A stretch of 64,000 bases of DNA, from assembly GCA_951406725.2 (NCBI GenBank), contig OX597831.1:55924001-55988000 (forward strand), given 5' to 3'. This document shows positions 40,504 to 53,419 of this stretch, piece after piece. The notes under the pieces are model-generated. The model ran no database searches. It saw only the letters and a list, made by a program, of their open reading frames with translations, and was not told where the DNA came from. A program made the translations under genes and the position numbers. The DNA comes from Octopus vulgaris. Lineage: Eukaryota. How positions within the stretch are numbered: the stretch's first letter is position 1; each line of letters begins with the position of its first letter.

Positions 40504-40504
<1 letters not shown>
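40444..40504 (-). ncRNA. Non-circularly permuted hammerhead motif, version 2
   Basis: Minus strand CGTGT-T-CTGTCC-tca-CCTTC-GAA-ACACG-(15 nt)-GGACAG-CTGATGA-aGGGG. GUU triplet. Host is about 40318-40504 between (AT)n tracts. Confidence 0.78.
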
Positions 40505-40547
<43 letters not shown>

Positions 40548-40902
40548 GGAAAACAAATTTCCAAATCAATCAGGTACAACCCATCAGCATTATATGTATC
40601 TACATATCGTACCTTGGGGTCTTATTTATCGTATACTTATATATTTATCTATAAATATACAAAGTATCTTATAAAAGTCAATATTAATTCAATTTTGGGG
40701 GAATTAATCGATATGCGGGTATTCTATTTCAGATAGTGCAAAAATAATCTAATGAGTATATCCGATAGTAAACTCATGGTATCAGTTTGCACATCACGAA
40801 ATAATGCTTAAAGGATATAACGAAAATTACCAGCAGGGTATATAATATACTTCATTAATTATCTCTTACTTTAGTTAATACTTATATTTATTAAATGTGA
40901 AG

Positions 40903-41071
<169 letters not shown>

Positions 41072-41233
41072 TATTTCAAAATATTATATATCTAATTTTA
41101 CATCCCTTTAAAAATAAGCAATACAATTAAACATTAAAGATTAAAAATGAAGAATTAAAATTAAGGATAAAAACTTATACTTTGTAATATTAAGAATTAA
41201 AATTTATAAATTATGCATTATAAATATGAATTA

Positions 41234-41273
<40 letters not shown>

Positions 41274-41759
41274 ATCATGTAAAATCAAGTATATGTCAGA
41301 TACAGAATGTGAGATATAAGATTAAACATCAGACGGCAACAATTTGGTCAAGAGTAAATATCGCAGGAAAGTGTTCTGCGTACTAAGTACACTTACGATA
41401 GGATCTTTTCTTACCTGACTCGAAACCCACTGCGCTTTCATGTTGTTTTGCTTCCACGAATAGGGAAGTATTTCTACAGATGTAGCCTTTTCCTCGTTCT
41501 GCCAGACTTTAGAACCCTCTCCCATCTCATTGTTTTCCCCCATCTTAAGCCCTGAACTCTTTCATGTTCAAAGTAAATTCATTCCTTTTATCTTAATTTC
41601 TCCTTCTTCATATTCCCTTACACTAAGTGACTTCTCGCCTTGTTTGGGACTTTCTTTTTAAAAAAACTGGAATCTCATGATTTGAAAAAATTCGATCATC
41701 TAAAATTATCCAAGCAATTAGTAGATAAAAAAATCCCTTTTGGTGTTGTTTAAAAAAGG

Positions 41760-42166
41760 GGCGATCTTTCGTCTCTAGTAGACCTTTCCGTCGATTTCCG
41801 TAAAAAATTCTTTTTTTTACATATGGGCTTGCAGGAACTTTTGAAGTAATGAGAGCGAAAGAGACTAAGAGAAAGCGATTGTATGACGAGGGAAGTTCTT
41901 TTGAAGTTACCGTGCATGGGAGCATTGATGTATATGTGTGTGTGTGTGTGTGTTTGATGGGGTGTGGGAGACAGACAGTATGTTGTGTAAGTGAAAGTGC
42001 TTCTGTTAGTGTGTGTGAAGAGACAGAGAGAGTAATGTGTGAAAGAGAGAGATAACTGAAATTTTTTACTCGGTGTATGTGTATATGTATGTATGCATGT
42101 ATGTGTGTAAAAAAAAAGTTTTTTACGGGAATCGACGGAAAGGTCTACTAGAAACGAAAGATTGCC
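41760..42166. mobile_element. Merlin-type MITE
   Basis: TIRs of about 60 bp starting GGCGATCTTTCG, with exact 8-bp TSD AAAAAAGG (41752-41759, 42167-42174). Confidence 0.85.
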
Positions 42167-42491
42167 AAAAAAGGAATAATATACGTACATACTCGTATGT
42201 GTGAATGTATGTTGTGTACGAGTCGTGTATATTGGAACATTCCTGAATCAAAGATGGAGACCTAAATCAATAGAGGATCCTATACGAGTTAAGTATAACT
42301 GTAAAGCAAACATTTTTCTTTTCAATTTACACATTTAATATCTTAGATGAGCGGCTCCTCCAAGACGAAGTATTTTATTTCTAAGGGGCTATATAGGAAT
42401 TATCGAATACATGTCAATGAATTCTTTGAAACGTTTCACTTTTGAATTTTTATTGTGTGTGTTTGCGTATGTGTGTGTGTACTCGTGTGTA

Positions 42492-42535
<44 letters not shown>

Positions 42536-42943
42536 CGTGTGTATGTGCGTGTGTGTGTGTGTGTGTGTGTGAACGAAAAATATCTTACCATTAAATTTAC
42601 ATATATGCATGTGTGTGTATATATTTTGAAGGAGCTAGAATTTGGGAGAAATGTTTACGATACACGAAGTGCCTTGCTAGATTTACCTGCCGACATCAAA
42701 ACTGCAATGACAATAAATGTTCCTGTCTCCGAGGCTTCGCGTTTTTCAAGAATCACAGAAAATGTATCAAAGGTAAAAGAATAAACATTCAAAACATTTT
42801 TTTTAAAGCTTATATCACAAGTTAAAGAAATATTGGTGTAACAGAAAATAGAATATGGCGAAATTTTGCTTATACTACACATGTCGTTTCTCTATGTCCT
42901 AAAGCGAAGTTAGCCCTTGTATTCTTATATTCTTTTTCTGTAG

Positions 42944-43129
42944 GAGCTAGGCATTATGAGAACTGCAACCCTGAAAGGAATAGCCGATGCATAAGGTTTC
43001 CATGGTTGAGAAAAGAACGTTCCTCATATTTTTGCCAATGTAACAGAACTGGTCGACAACAGACGTCGGCAAATTTGCGACGCACTGATGGGATCATGGA
43101 TAAATGTGTTCTGAACGTTTTCAGCGTTA
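42944..43129 (+). CDS. Mucin-like membrane protein, coding exon 2 (small Cys domain)
   Basis: TTTTTCTGTAG acceptor, A|GTAAGT donor, 186 nt phase 1-1, open frame ARHYENCNPERNSRCIRFPW..YFCQCNRT..DKCV. Confidence 0.72.
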
Positions 43130-43914
43130 GTAAGTTTAAATGTTTACTACTACTACTACTACTACTGCTGTTGCTGCTGCTGCTGCCGCCGCCTTCACTG
43201 ATGCGTTTTTATTAGTACCATCATCAAGTAATTGGTTTCAAATTTCGGCACAAGGCAAACAGGTTTGGGGCAGGGGCCAAGTTGATTACATCGACCACAG
43301 TGTTCATCTCGTACTTATTTTATCGACCCCGAAAGGAATGAAAGGCAAAATCGACCTCGGTGGAATTTGAACTCAGAACGTAAAGATGGACGAAATGCTT
43401 AGCAGCAGCATTTCGTCTGGTGTGGTAACGATTCTGCCAACTCGCCTCCTGACCATCATCATGTAATTGGACAGCAAAAATAGCAGCACACCGGACAAAA
43501 TATCTTATCAGTATTAAGTTGCACCTCTTGACGCTAAAAGTTCAAATCCCATTGCGGATAACTTTGCTGTTCGTTTCTGCATCTTCTTTCCGTACTCGAC
43601 TACATCCATCCCCCAAAATGAATGGTCTTATGCTATGTTAGATACCATTACTAGAATTATCACAATTAGAGCAGAATGGCAGAGATAGCAGAGCACTGAA
43701 CAAGATCTCTAGCAGTACTTGCTTACGACTCCTTACGTTCTTAATCTGAATCCTGCCGTCAGGAGACCTGCTGGTCTTTCAAATCACATAGTGTCGATAA
43801 CTTTAGTAGTATTTACATATTGGGGTTGACGGAGTCGTGTGGATCTTGCTCAATGATTTGTGGTACTGCATTTACGACAATGGCCATTATTATTACTATT
43901 ATCATAATTGTGAA

Positions 43915-44190
43915 GTCTCATGGCTCAGTGTTTAAAGCGTCGGGCTCACAATCATGAGGTAGTGAGTTCGATTCCCGGACAGGGTTTTTGTCGTGTTCTT
44001 GAGCAAGACACCTTATTTTATGTTGCTCCAGTTCACTCAGTTATAGAAATGAGTTGCGATGTTACTAGTGCCAAGCTGTATTGGCCTCTGGTATGTCCAT
44101 AAATAACCTTTGCTGGACTTGTGCCTCGGAGGAGAACTTTCTAGGTGCGATCCTATGATCATTCATGACCGAAAGAGGTCTTTACCCTAT
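43915..44190 (+). mobile_element. tRNA-derived SINE (family D) with (TTA)n tail
   Basis: TGGCTCAGTG..GAGTTCGATTCC A and B boxes, CTTGAGCAAGACAC core. A related head lies at about 11090-11195. Confidence 0.7.
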
Positions 44191-44442
44191 TATTATTATT
44201 ATTATTATTATTATTAAGACGGCGAGCTGGCAGAATTATTAGTACGTCGGATAAAATGCTTAGCGGCATTTCGTCCGTCTTTACGTTGTGAGTTCAAATT
44301 CCGCCGAGGTCAACTTTGCCTTTCATCATTTTGAGGTCGACAAAATAATCACTAATTGAGTACTGGGGCCGATGTAATCGACTATGTCCCTCCCCCAAAT
44401 TTTAGGCCTTGTGGCTATAGTAGAAAAGATTATTATTATTAC

Positions 44443-44487
<45 letters not shown>

Positions 44488-45011
44488 GGCGGTGGGCTGA
44501 CAGAATAGTTACCACGTCTGAGAAAATGCTTAGCAACAATTCTTTCAGATCTTTACGCTTTGTGTTCAAATATCGCCGAGATCAACTTTGCCTTTCATCC
44601 TTTCGAGGCCGATAAAATAAAGTACCAATCAAGTATTTGTGTCCCTCATTATTCCTCAACGAGCTAATGATATTGTCTTGTAGTAATGTTATGCCATCAG
44701 AGTTTATCTTCGGGTCTCTCTTCATAATTAACACTGCACAGTTACTTATTCCAAACTGCATTGTAGAATCCTATTGTTATTAGGCAGAGGAAGTACAGAC
44801 ACGTCAATAGCCCGGACTAAATGGCTAACAACATTTAGTTACATCTCATTACGTTCTGATATCAAATATCATCGAGGATGACTTTGCCTCTCATTTTAGA
44901 TTCGATAAAATATATTGCTAGCTATGTACGTGGTTGATTAAATTGATTACATCCTTACTCCCAACAGTTGTGGTCTCATTCTAATGTAAAATCATCATTA
45001 TTACATTCCAG

Positions 45012-46319
45012 CTCAGCGTAACGAAAGCATACCAGAGTCTTCTACAAAGAAACTAACATCAAAAGAAAGTATCAAAACTTCAAAACCCAGGAAGAAATCT
45101 TCACGCCTTTTCACCTCAAAAGAGTTTACATCAACGAGAAATGGACACAGTCGGTCAAATCTTTCTTCGACTCAAGACAACACTCATATAACGCTTCGGA
45201 TAGAGAGAATAAAAAGAGCAGCAATGGTAACAGCATCAAGAAATGCAGCTACGGCGCCAAATGCAACAGTATCAAATACAACAGCGTCAGGATCTACAAC
45301 AACGGCATCAAATACAACAGCGTCAGGAAATACAGCAACAAAATTACCAAAAACCACTGTGCCAATAACGACAATCAATATGAAATCACTTATTTCACTT
45401 CTTGCAAACTATACGGTTACCGAACAATACAATAACGCAACCATCTCGGATAACATATATGATTCGCCAAAGCATAATGACACGATTACTTTTGCAACTA
45501 GTCAGGATAATGAAACGATCACTTTTGCAACTCGTCAGGAAAGTATAGAATCTACACCGGAAACAACATTGGCATCCAGCTCTTTCACTTCAGCATCAGA
45601 TTTATCAACAGCAAAAGATACTGGTGATATGTTTCGCACAGTATCCGTATCAGCTGAACAGAATTGGAAAACGCACAGGCCTCGTCTGCTGCCGGTAATA
45701 GTGACAGAACCTTTAACATCAGAGAATCTAATTAATACGACTTCGCGTTGGACTGTATCAAAGGATTTACCCATAAATAATAGTTCGAGTGAAGTTATAT
45801 CAAGCGCACTTCCAAGGAATATCACAAAGAATTCTTTGAATGAAACAAAATCCGCTGACGTATTTATTACATCATCCACTCTCGTAGATTCAGTCATAAC
45901 ATCACAAGCTACATCTCTCAACATAAACTGGACAGCCCACCCTTCCAGATTATCGTTGGCAATAGAGACAGAAGCTGCAACGCCAGAGAATTTAATCGAT
46001 ACAACTTTAAATGAAGCTTTATCAAAGGATTTACTCCGAAATAATTCGTCAATAAGAGATACATCAAATACTTTATTGGGAAATGTTAGTGAGACCTTTA
46101 CACAAACAATAACCACAACATTGAATCAATTCCACGATAAATTACAAGCAGAAAGTAGTTCCACTACGACAAAATATTTATTCAGAAATATTCCTACTCG
46201 CACCGAACCTCCGAAGGTCTCTATACATAAAACAACCAACGATATAAACAATATTAGTAGTACACTTGCACCGACTCGTAACTTTTTCTTGACGTATTCC
46301 GGCAAGGCAGCCATACCAG
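45012..46319 (+). CDS. Mucin-like membrane protein, coding exon 3 (Ser/Thr-rich stalk)
   Basis: 1308-nt open, non-microsatellite frame. TTCCAG acceptor and G|GTTAGT donor, phase 1-1. Many N-x-S/T sequons and an RIKR furin-like site. Confidence 0.88.
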
Positions 46320-46465
46320 GTTAGTCCATTGTTATTTGCATTTCTAAAATTAAACGAAGAAGAAAACCACAGATTCCTGACCCCCCTCTTATCTTAAGAT
46401 ACACTCTGCTTTAATCTTATTAAAGCTTGCAGAATCATTACCGCGTCGAACAAATTGCCTAGCAG

Positions 46466-46533
<68 letters not shown>

Positions 46534-46694
46534 CATGAAATTTTACTAACTGTTTTTCTTATTTTTCTAAAATATTTCACAATTCAATGTTTTGGCATTT
46601 ACTACTCTGAATTATTGGCCTTTTCAAGTTTTCAGCATTTATAACCGAAACATACATACATGCGCTCGTGCGAATATCGTCGAAGTATGCCGTA

Positions 46695-46813
46695 ATCCAT
46701 TTCAGCCAATCTTATCAATCGGTTTCGTACTGGCTATTAAATAACCAGATATTGTTATATAGCAGCACCACGTGCTCTTCAGATACCGATTAGTAAGATA
46801 GGCTGAAGTGAAT
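46695..46813 (-). ncRNA. Hammerhead-like fold with long stem III and essentially no stem I
   Basis: Minus strand TTCAGCC.ATCTTA..AATCGGT-A-t-CTGAAGA-GCAC...GTAC-GAA-ACCGATT..TAAGAT.GGCTGAA. Confidence 0.45.
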
Positions 46814-47393
46814 CTATAATACTACGTATTTTGATTAAGATACCCATTCTATTGACAAATACATGCAAAAGCATATTTTTTCTAACTTGTGGATTCTTAG
46901 ACAGGAAGTAAAAATGGATTAAAAAGTCCTGGCAGCGTTAAACGAATTTGGCTGACTATATCCAACAATCAGCTCCCAATAAATACAAGTAGAACAAATA
47001 CTCAGGGTAATTCCTGATGTATGACAAATAAATCCAAGCGTTTAGCATATTTGATGGATAACTAATTATTGTGACGCAGAATTTCTGTTTCTAATTGTCG
47101 TGACGTAGAATTCATGTTAATTTTTTTCTTCTTTCGTTATCAACTGACGTCATCAAAAGTTAAATACTAAATTGGTTTTTCTTAGAACATTATATATTTT
47201 CTTGACGTTCTTCTTATTTGCGTTCGTCTAAGAGAAATATTTTCTTAGTTCACTGAGAATTTAACCAATTTTGGATTGCCTTGGTAACATATTTTTCGGA
47301 TATATTAATTTGATTGATATTTTCTGTATCTAAATATGCTGGCACAATTGCAACGATCGTCGGTTTTGTATGGTGCAATCACTGATTAAAGAT

Positions 47394-47440
<47 letters not shown>

Positions 47441-47448
<8 letters not shown>

Positions 47449-47616
47449 GCACTCATTCGCAAAAGTTATTTTATTCTCTGTTTAACTCAATACAACTCAA
47501 CCGTGCCTCACTTAAAGATAATGCTTTTCAAAAAGCTATTTAGCGAATCATTTCGAATTTTCATCCATTTCAAAAGTTTGGGGGTGAGGGGGAACTGTTA
47601 CCGCTCAGTCATTCGT

Positions 47617-47660
<44 letters not shown>

Positions 47661-47831
47661 GCACTCATTCACAAAAGTTATTTTATTCTCTGTTGTAACT
47701 CAATACAACTCAACCCTGTCTCACTTAAAGATAATGCTTTTCAAAAAGCTATTTAGCGAATCATTTCGAATTTTCATCCATTTCAAAAGTTTGGGAGTGA
47801 GGGGAACTGTTACCGCTCAGTCATTCGTGAC
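47441..47831. repeat. Tandem duplication of about 180 bp, each copy preceded by (AT)n
   Basis: ATGCACACGCACTCATTC...GTCATTCGTGACTA at about 47441 and 47652. Confidence 0.9.
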
Positions 47832-48034
47832 TAGATTGATATATGCTTAGCTGTTTGACAAGCCAAACGTTTTGGCACCATTTCTCTTACACTTAGTACT
47901 CCCTCTCCAGCATCCACTTTAATCTTATCGCCATCTTGGGATAATTCTACCATTCTACGATCGGAAGCATTACTTACCCCTTTAGAAATCGTTATTCTAA
48001 CCTAATATAGCAACTGTCTTTCTGTTATCTCCAG

Positions 48035-48119
48035 CTGCCATCATTGTGTCGGTTGTGGTTGTTTGTCTTCTGGCTGCCATTCTCATCATTGTTGGGATCG
48101 TTTTTTATCGTAAACAAAG
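48035..48119 (+). CDS. Mucin-like membrane protein, coding exon 4 (transmembrane helix)
   Basis: TTATCTCCAG acceptor, AG|GTAAGA donor, AAIIVSVVVVCLLAAILIIVGIVFY followed by the basic stop-transfer RKQR. Confidence 0.88.
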
Positions 48120-48479
48120 GTAAGATTTGAAACAATACTTTCTTTCTCAGATATAAAGGTTGAGGAATTGATGGTTGAGGAATTGATTGCTAAGCGTTAA
48201 TACATTTGATAGTTCACATTACATAATTTTAGAGAGATTAAGAAGCAATGGTATATCATTGATATATCAATGATATATCATTAGATATCGCAGTGATATT
48301 TAAACACAGAAACTCGGAACTGTCTATCATTCAGTTAACATGGATTAACATTGAGTGTCATAAGAAAGTGAAAGTAAATTGCGTTGGAAGGGACAATTGT
48401 GAAATCCCATAATTTCAAAAACACAGGCACCTAGTTATATAGTATCTGCTGATGATAACATGAGCATTTCTGAAATAGC

Positions 48480-48745
48480 AGTTGAAATATACCGCTGCAG
48501 CGTAGACTACCCAACAATACCAATGAAAATCCACAGAAACACGTTTGATATCCGATAGGTGGGCTTCCTATGTTAGTTTAGGTGTCATATATAGTTGTGA
48601 AATTGTGAGCCATTCTTTAAATTTTGTTGATCCAGCGATAAGAACATCCATACACAGACTATTGAAGAGCGATGAATGCTCGGCAAGAAAAAACTCATGT
48701 GTCAATGCTAAACGAGAGTTGTTATATTTACGTCGTATTTATGTC
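48480..48745 (+). pseudogene. Merlin/IS1595-like transposase fragment
   Basis: ISDRWASY...VSHSLNFVDP resembles the SD.W..Y...VNHS.NFVDP signature. Confidence 0.65.
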
Positions 48746-49002
48746 AACAAACGTGGTGGAATACAAGGTGCATTCCAGAAGTTTTGTGACTTTTCCAGGA
48801 AAGACCTTAATAAATTTCAAAGATGTACAAAACTCTAATCTCCTTCAAAGTAGGATTTTTTTTTTATTTTAATGCATATAGTACTCTTTGTTGACCATCT
48901 GAGCAGAGAGAGTCCAGTGGATGTAGATAATACACTTGTTGCTGTCCAAAAGGAGTGGGGGTTATCATGAGCTTTCCAGTTGAGTTGCTTTGCCTAAACT
49001 CT

Positions 49003-49061
<59 letters not shown>

Positions 49062-49066
49062 ATGTA

Positions 49067-49109
<43 letters not shown>

Positions 49110-49429
49110 CAGTTTTAAGTTCTACAGTGAAAGGCTTAAGAGCTGTAGTTTGGTTACTTTAAATTGTTTTGTTTTACAATACGTTTTTGTAATTGTCTGT
49201 ATTTCCGATATATTTTTAGTTAGATCTAGAGCAGCCCTGCTCAAGTATACCTACAAAGCCATTCCACGCATGGCGATCCTGACGTTTTATTGAGATACAG
49301 CATATTTTCCTTTTGTTTTAAAACAGTAGCTCTCATTTGAAAGAGATTCAGCAGATATTTCTCGTAGATTTAACGATTCGGTTTTGATTTCCAACTAAGA
49401 CTAATTCATGTCATTTTGGCTGTTATTGT

Positions 49430-49960
49430 CTTCAGTTAAAGTGGTGTTCCACTACTTGGGCCATGTTCCTAAGTGGTAGGAAGCAGGAGACTGATTCGGA
49501 TAACAGAATCAAGTGCTGTCACAGAAATGCGCCAGCTCCAGTATTCGATTCTCAGAAGAAGAGAAGTTGATAAAGAAAGCCAAGCTCACCGTCTTCGATT
49601 CGGTTTCCGTGCTTCTCATCGCCAAGAGTCATGAATCTTGGGTAATGACTGCAAGAGTACAATTGTTAATACAAACAGCCGAAATGGGGTTACACCCAAG
49701 GATCTTTGGAAGTAACGTTATTCGACAGAGTGCGTAACTCGGAGATCAGAGAGTCTCTCCAGGTTGAGCCAATACTTCTCTACATTGAAAGGTTGCTGCT
49801 CCGGTGCTACGAACATGTGATGAGAATGTCGCAAGCAGAGCCAACCAGCAAGAGACCCAGGAATAGATCAAGAACGAGATAGTCGGGAATCCTACCGTAA
49901 AGTGTAATGACGGTTGCTTCTGATAGGACCCTATGGAAGGGGCACCTGGGGACGGAAACT
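49430..49960 (+). mobile_element. RTE-clade LINE 3' fragment
   Basis: KAKLTVF..HESWVMT..QTAEM..DRVRNSEIRESLQVEP..IER..LR. A related fragment lies at 58545-58800. Confidence 0.75.
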
Positions 49961-50252
49961 CTACTCCTACGACCCTCTCGCGAATAGTAAGCAGAGAATA
50001 TGGATGGCTGGATGGATGGACGGACGGACAGATTGTCTCCGTCGAAATCCTCGTGAATATCATACAAAATAACTCAAGTTATTGACTAGTGCTTAAATAA
50101 ACAATTAGGCGCAGGCGTGGCTATGAGGTAAGACGTTTGCTTGCCAACCATAAGGTTCCGGGTTCAGTCTCACTGCGTAGCACCTTGAGCAAGTATCTTC
50201 TACTATAGCTTCGAGCCAACAAAATTTGGTAGGCGGAAACTGAAAAAAGATC

Positions 50253-50301
<49 letters not shown>

Positions 50302-50428
50302 TATATAGGGGAGAGTTCACGAAAAAAACAAAAGACGAAGACAGGTGGTGTACAAAACAAACAGATGTATTAGTATAACACTCTAGAAAAAAATTATATT
50401 ATATTATAAAAAAAAAACAAAAAAAAAA

Positions 50429-50478
<50 letters not shown>

Positions 50479-50856
50479 TATGTATTATATGTATGTATGT
50501 ATGTATGCATGTATGTATGTATGTATGTATGTATGTATGTATGTATGTATGTATGTATGTATGTGTCTTTGTGTCCATGTTTGTCCGCCACCACCGTTTG
50601 ACAACCAGTGCTGATGTGTTCACGCTCCCGTAACTTAGCGCTTCGGCATAAGAAACCGATAGAATAAGTACTAGGCTTAAAAATAAGTCCCGGGACTGAT
50701 TTGCTCGACTAAAACCTTTCAAGGCTGTGCCCCAGCATGGCCGTAGTCTAATTATTGAAACAAGCAAAAAAAAATAAAGAAAATATAAAAAGATTAATCC
50801 TAATGAAAGCCGAGAAAATCAAGTGCGAAATTGCGCAAATAATGTTGATGTTTCTA

Positions 50857-50940
<84 letters not shown>

Positions 50941-51219
50941 TACGTGCGTGTGTGCGCCCGCCTGCGTGTGTGTGCGTGCGTGCGTACGTGCGTGTGTGCG
51001 CCCGCCTGCGTGTGTGTGCGTGCGTGTGTGTAATCACTGTAGCATTGTATCGACCAGCCTGTCAGATGTTGTTAGACACCGTTGATCACAATGCACTTCC
51101 ACACATTGATGTAGCTTTCGAATGATGTCACACTGCTAGCTAGGCGGGCAGGCCAATCGGCCACCTCCTTGAACGGAATTACAGTTTTATCTATTTACAG
51201 ATGAATTAACTCATATTTG

Positions 51220-51554
51220 GGATCTTTTCTTTTTGATGGACGGAATTTTCTAGTTAACTAAAAAATTTGAAACTTCGTATACTGGTAGAATGTGTCAAAA
51301 GAAAACATTATTGTAAACAAAATTGAAAACAAAATTGTAATTTGTAACTTTACCGTAGTTTAATTCTTCGAATTTTAACCAATGAAATCCCAGCATCTTC
51401 GAATTTTAACCAATGAAATCCGAGCATTTGAGCTCAAATCATTTGCTGCGTTATTGATATTGATAAAGAAACATAGCAGACAGCATGCCGCATACACACA
51501 CACACACACATATATTCAGATACATACACACGTACACTTGCACACACACACACA

Positions 51555-51618
<64 letters not shown>

Positions 51619-52339
51619 CACATGCATATACATTTGCACAAGCACATAGTAATTAATATATAAGCGTACACACACATACGCACACAAGCATACATACACG
51701 TTCGTGAGTTGCCTCTTGCCGCAACGAATTTACACAAAAAGTAAATAAACCAGAAGGGGGGGGTCAATGTTTCATCGTTTCGGGGTCGATAAATTAAGTA
51801 CCAATTACGCACTGGTGTCGAGGATTTTTTTCCCAATTTATATCACAGCTTCCGACAAGCTGGGGCATCCTTTTATGAAAAAATATTTCGCAAATGTTTA
51901 CAATACGACTCACACTCCACGCGCAAACTCTAGACCGCTTTAGGCATATTATTGTTTTGTTTTTGTTGTTTCTGGCCCTTCAAAACCATGGGAGAAGCCT
52001 TTTCGGTAAAAAAAAATAAAGAAAATATTCAAAAAATATCGTTAATATTTTTATTGGGCGACGAAATTCATCGATTTAAGAGATATAGCTGTTATTTCTA
52101 GCAGAAGACAGAAGCGAGAAGGATGAATAAGACGTGTGTGTGTGAGTTTTTAGACGCAGCAAATGATTTGAGCTCGAATGCAAGGATTTCATTGGTTAAA
52201 ATTCGAAGAATTAAACTACGTTAAAGTTACAAATTACAATTTTATTTTCAATTTTGTTTACAATAATGTTTTCTTTTGACACATTCTACAAGTATACGAA
52301 GTTAACTAGAAAATTCCGTCCTTGAAAAAGAAAAGATCC
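51220..52339. mobile_element. Merlin-type non-autonomous transposon with TIRs of about 200-230 bp
   Basis: GGATCTTTTC...GAAAAGATCC termini, long inverted arms and exact 8-bp TSD CATATTTG (51212-51219, 52340-52347). Confidence 0.88.
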
Positions 52340-52365
52340 CATATTTGTATTTATATTTCTTTCAG

Positions 52366-52528
52366 GAATCGCTTGTCATTAAGAACCAACGTTAATGAAG
52401 CTTCTCAAAAGACTTTACGATCCAGGTCAAATAATACGACTGAAAATGTAGAGAACACCAATAAGATTGAACAATCCCATCATTTCATTAATGAAGCTTT
52501 TACCGATGATCAGCAGTTGTCAACTTAA
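52366..52528 (+). CDS. Mucin-like membrane protein, coding exon 5 (cytoplasmic tail, stop)
   Basis: TTTCTTTCAG acceptor, phase 2 matches the TM exon, tail ends HFINEAFTDDQQLST*. The five exons sum to 1830 nt. Confidence 0.78.
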
Positions 52529-52885
52529 TCACGAAGGAATAATCTCTGTCTTCTGTTGAACGATAAGAAGTAGGTTAGCTCCAGGTGAATCAAATTTGCG
52601 ACGTGATTTCGACTTTCTGTTGAAGCTATTTCACTTCATTTGCTCCACTAATAGCCATGGAAAAGGCATGATCACCACTATATCCCATTGTTCCTAACCA
52701 TAAAAATGTCAATCATTTTAAATGAGTCCTTGTGTTGTTTTTTTTGTTTTTGTTTTATGCCGGTTTTTTTTTCCAGTTTATTGTTGTAGTTGTTGTTAAA
52801 AACCTGCGCTTTTTACCGAACAAATTTTACCAATATCGGAGAATCTGTTACTGCTGTTGTAGTAAATAAGCAGTTCTATAGGATA

Positions 52886-53419
52886 TCTTCTATATTAATA
52901 AAAGCGAAATTCTGTCTGTCTGTCCGGCATCCCTGCATCTCAGTCTACATGTGTTCTACATAGACATATTATACCTTTTTGGAATCAGGATGATCCCGGG
53001 ATAGAAAATCTACCCTTCTTGAACACCTAAGATTTGGATTTGATTTTAAAGCATCTGAATTGCTATTTCTAGCAAGTAAAGATGGACTGATTCACGCCAT
53101 ATTAGTTAGCATTTGTTAGATGACATCAGAGATCAAAAGGGAGATAAATGATATTTACTTCGTTAATCGTATGTCGAGATAAGAACTTTGGAACAAAGTG
53201 GCCAACAGTTGGAATTCAACTTGGAACTGGAACAATAGAATGATTACATTACAGAATTAATTCTCATCCGTCCTTAACCCCTGACCACCGGAGAATATAA
53301 TCATTATAGGCGTATTATAATCAAGCTATTTAGCTCTCTTTAGTTTTGGGCTGCAGGCCCAATTAGCCCTCCGTAGGAGCTAGGTGAAAGGTCCGCATGA
53401 AGTGCACCTTTTAAGCTAG
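52886..53419 (+). mobile_element. Non-autonomous Helitron
   Basis: A|TC..CTATATTAATAAAAG 5' end, (TCTG)n, 3' hairpin AAAGGTCCGC..GTGCACCTTT then CTAG|T. Confidence 0.7.

Noticed and set aside
45535-46116. 193-aa minus-strand ORF
   Set aside because: Antisense shadow of the mucin exon.
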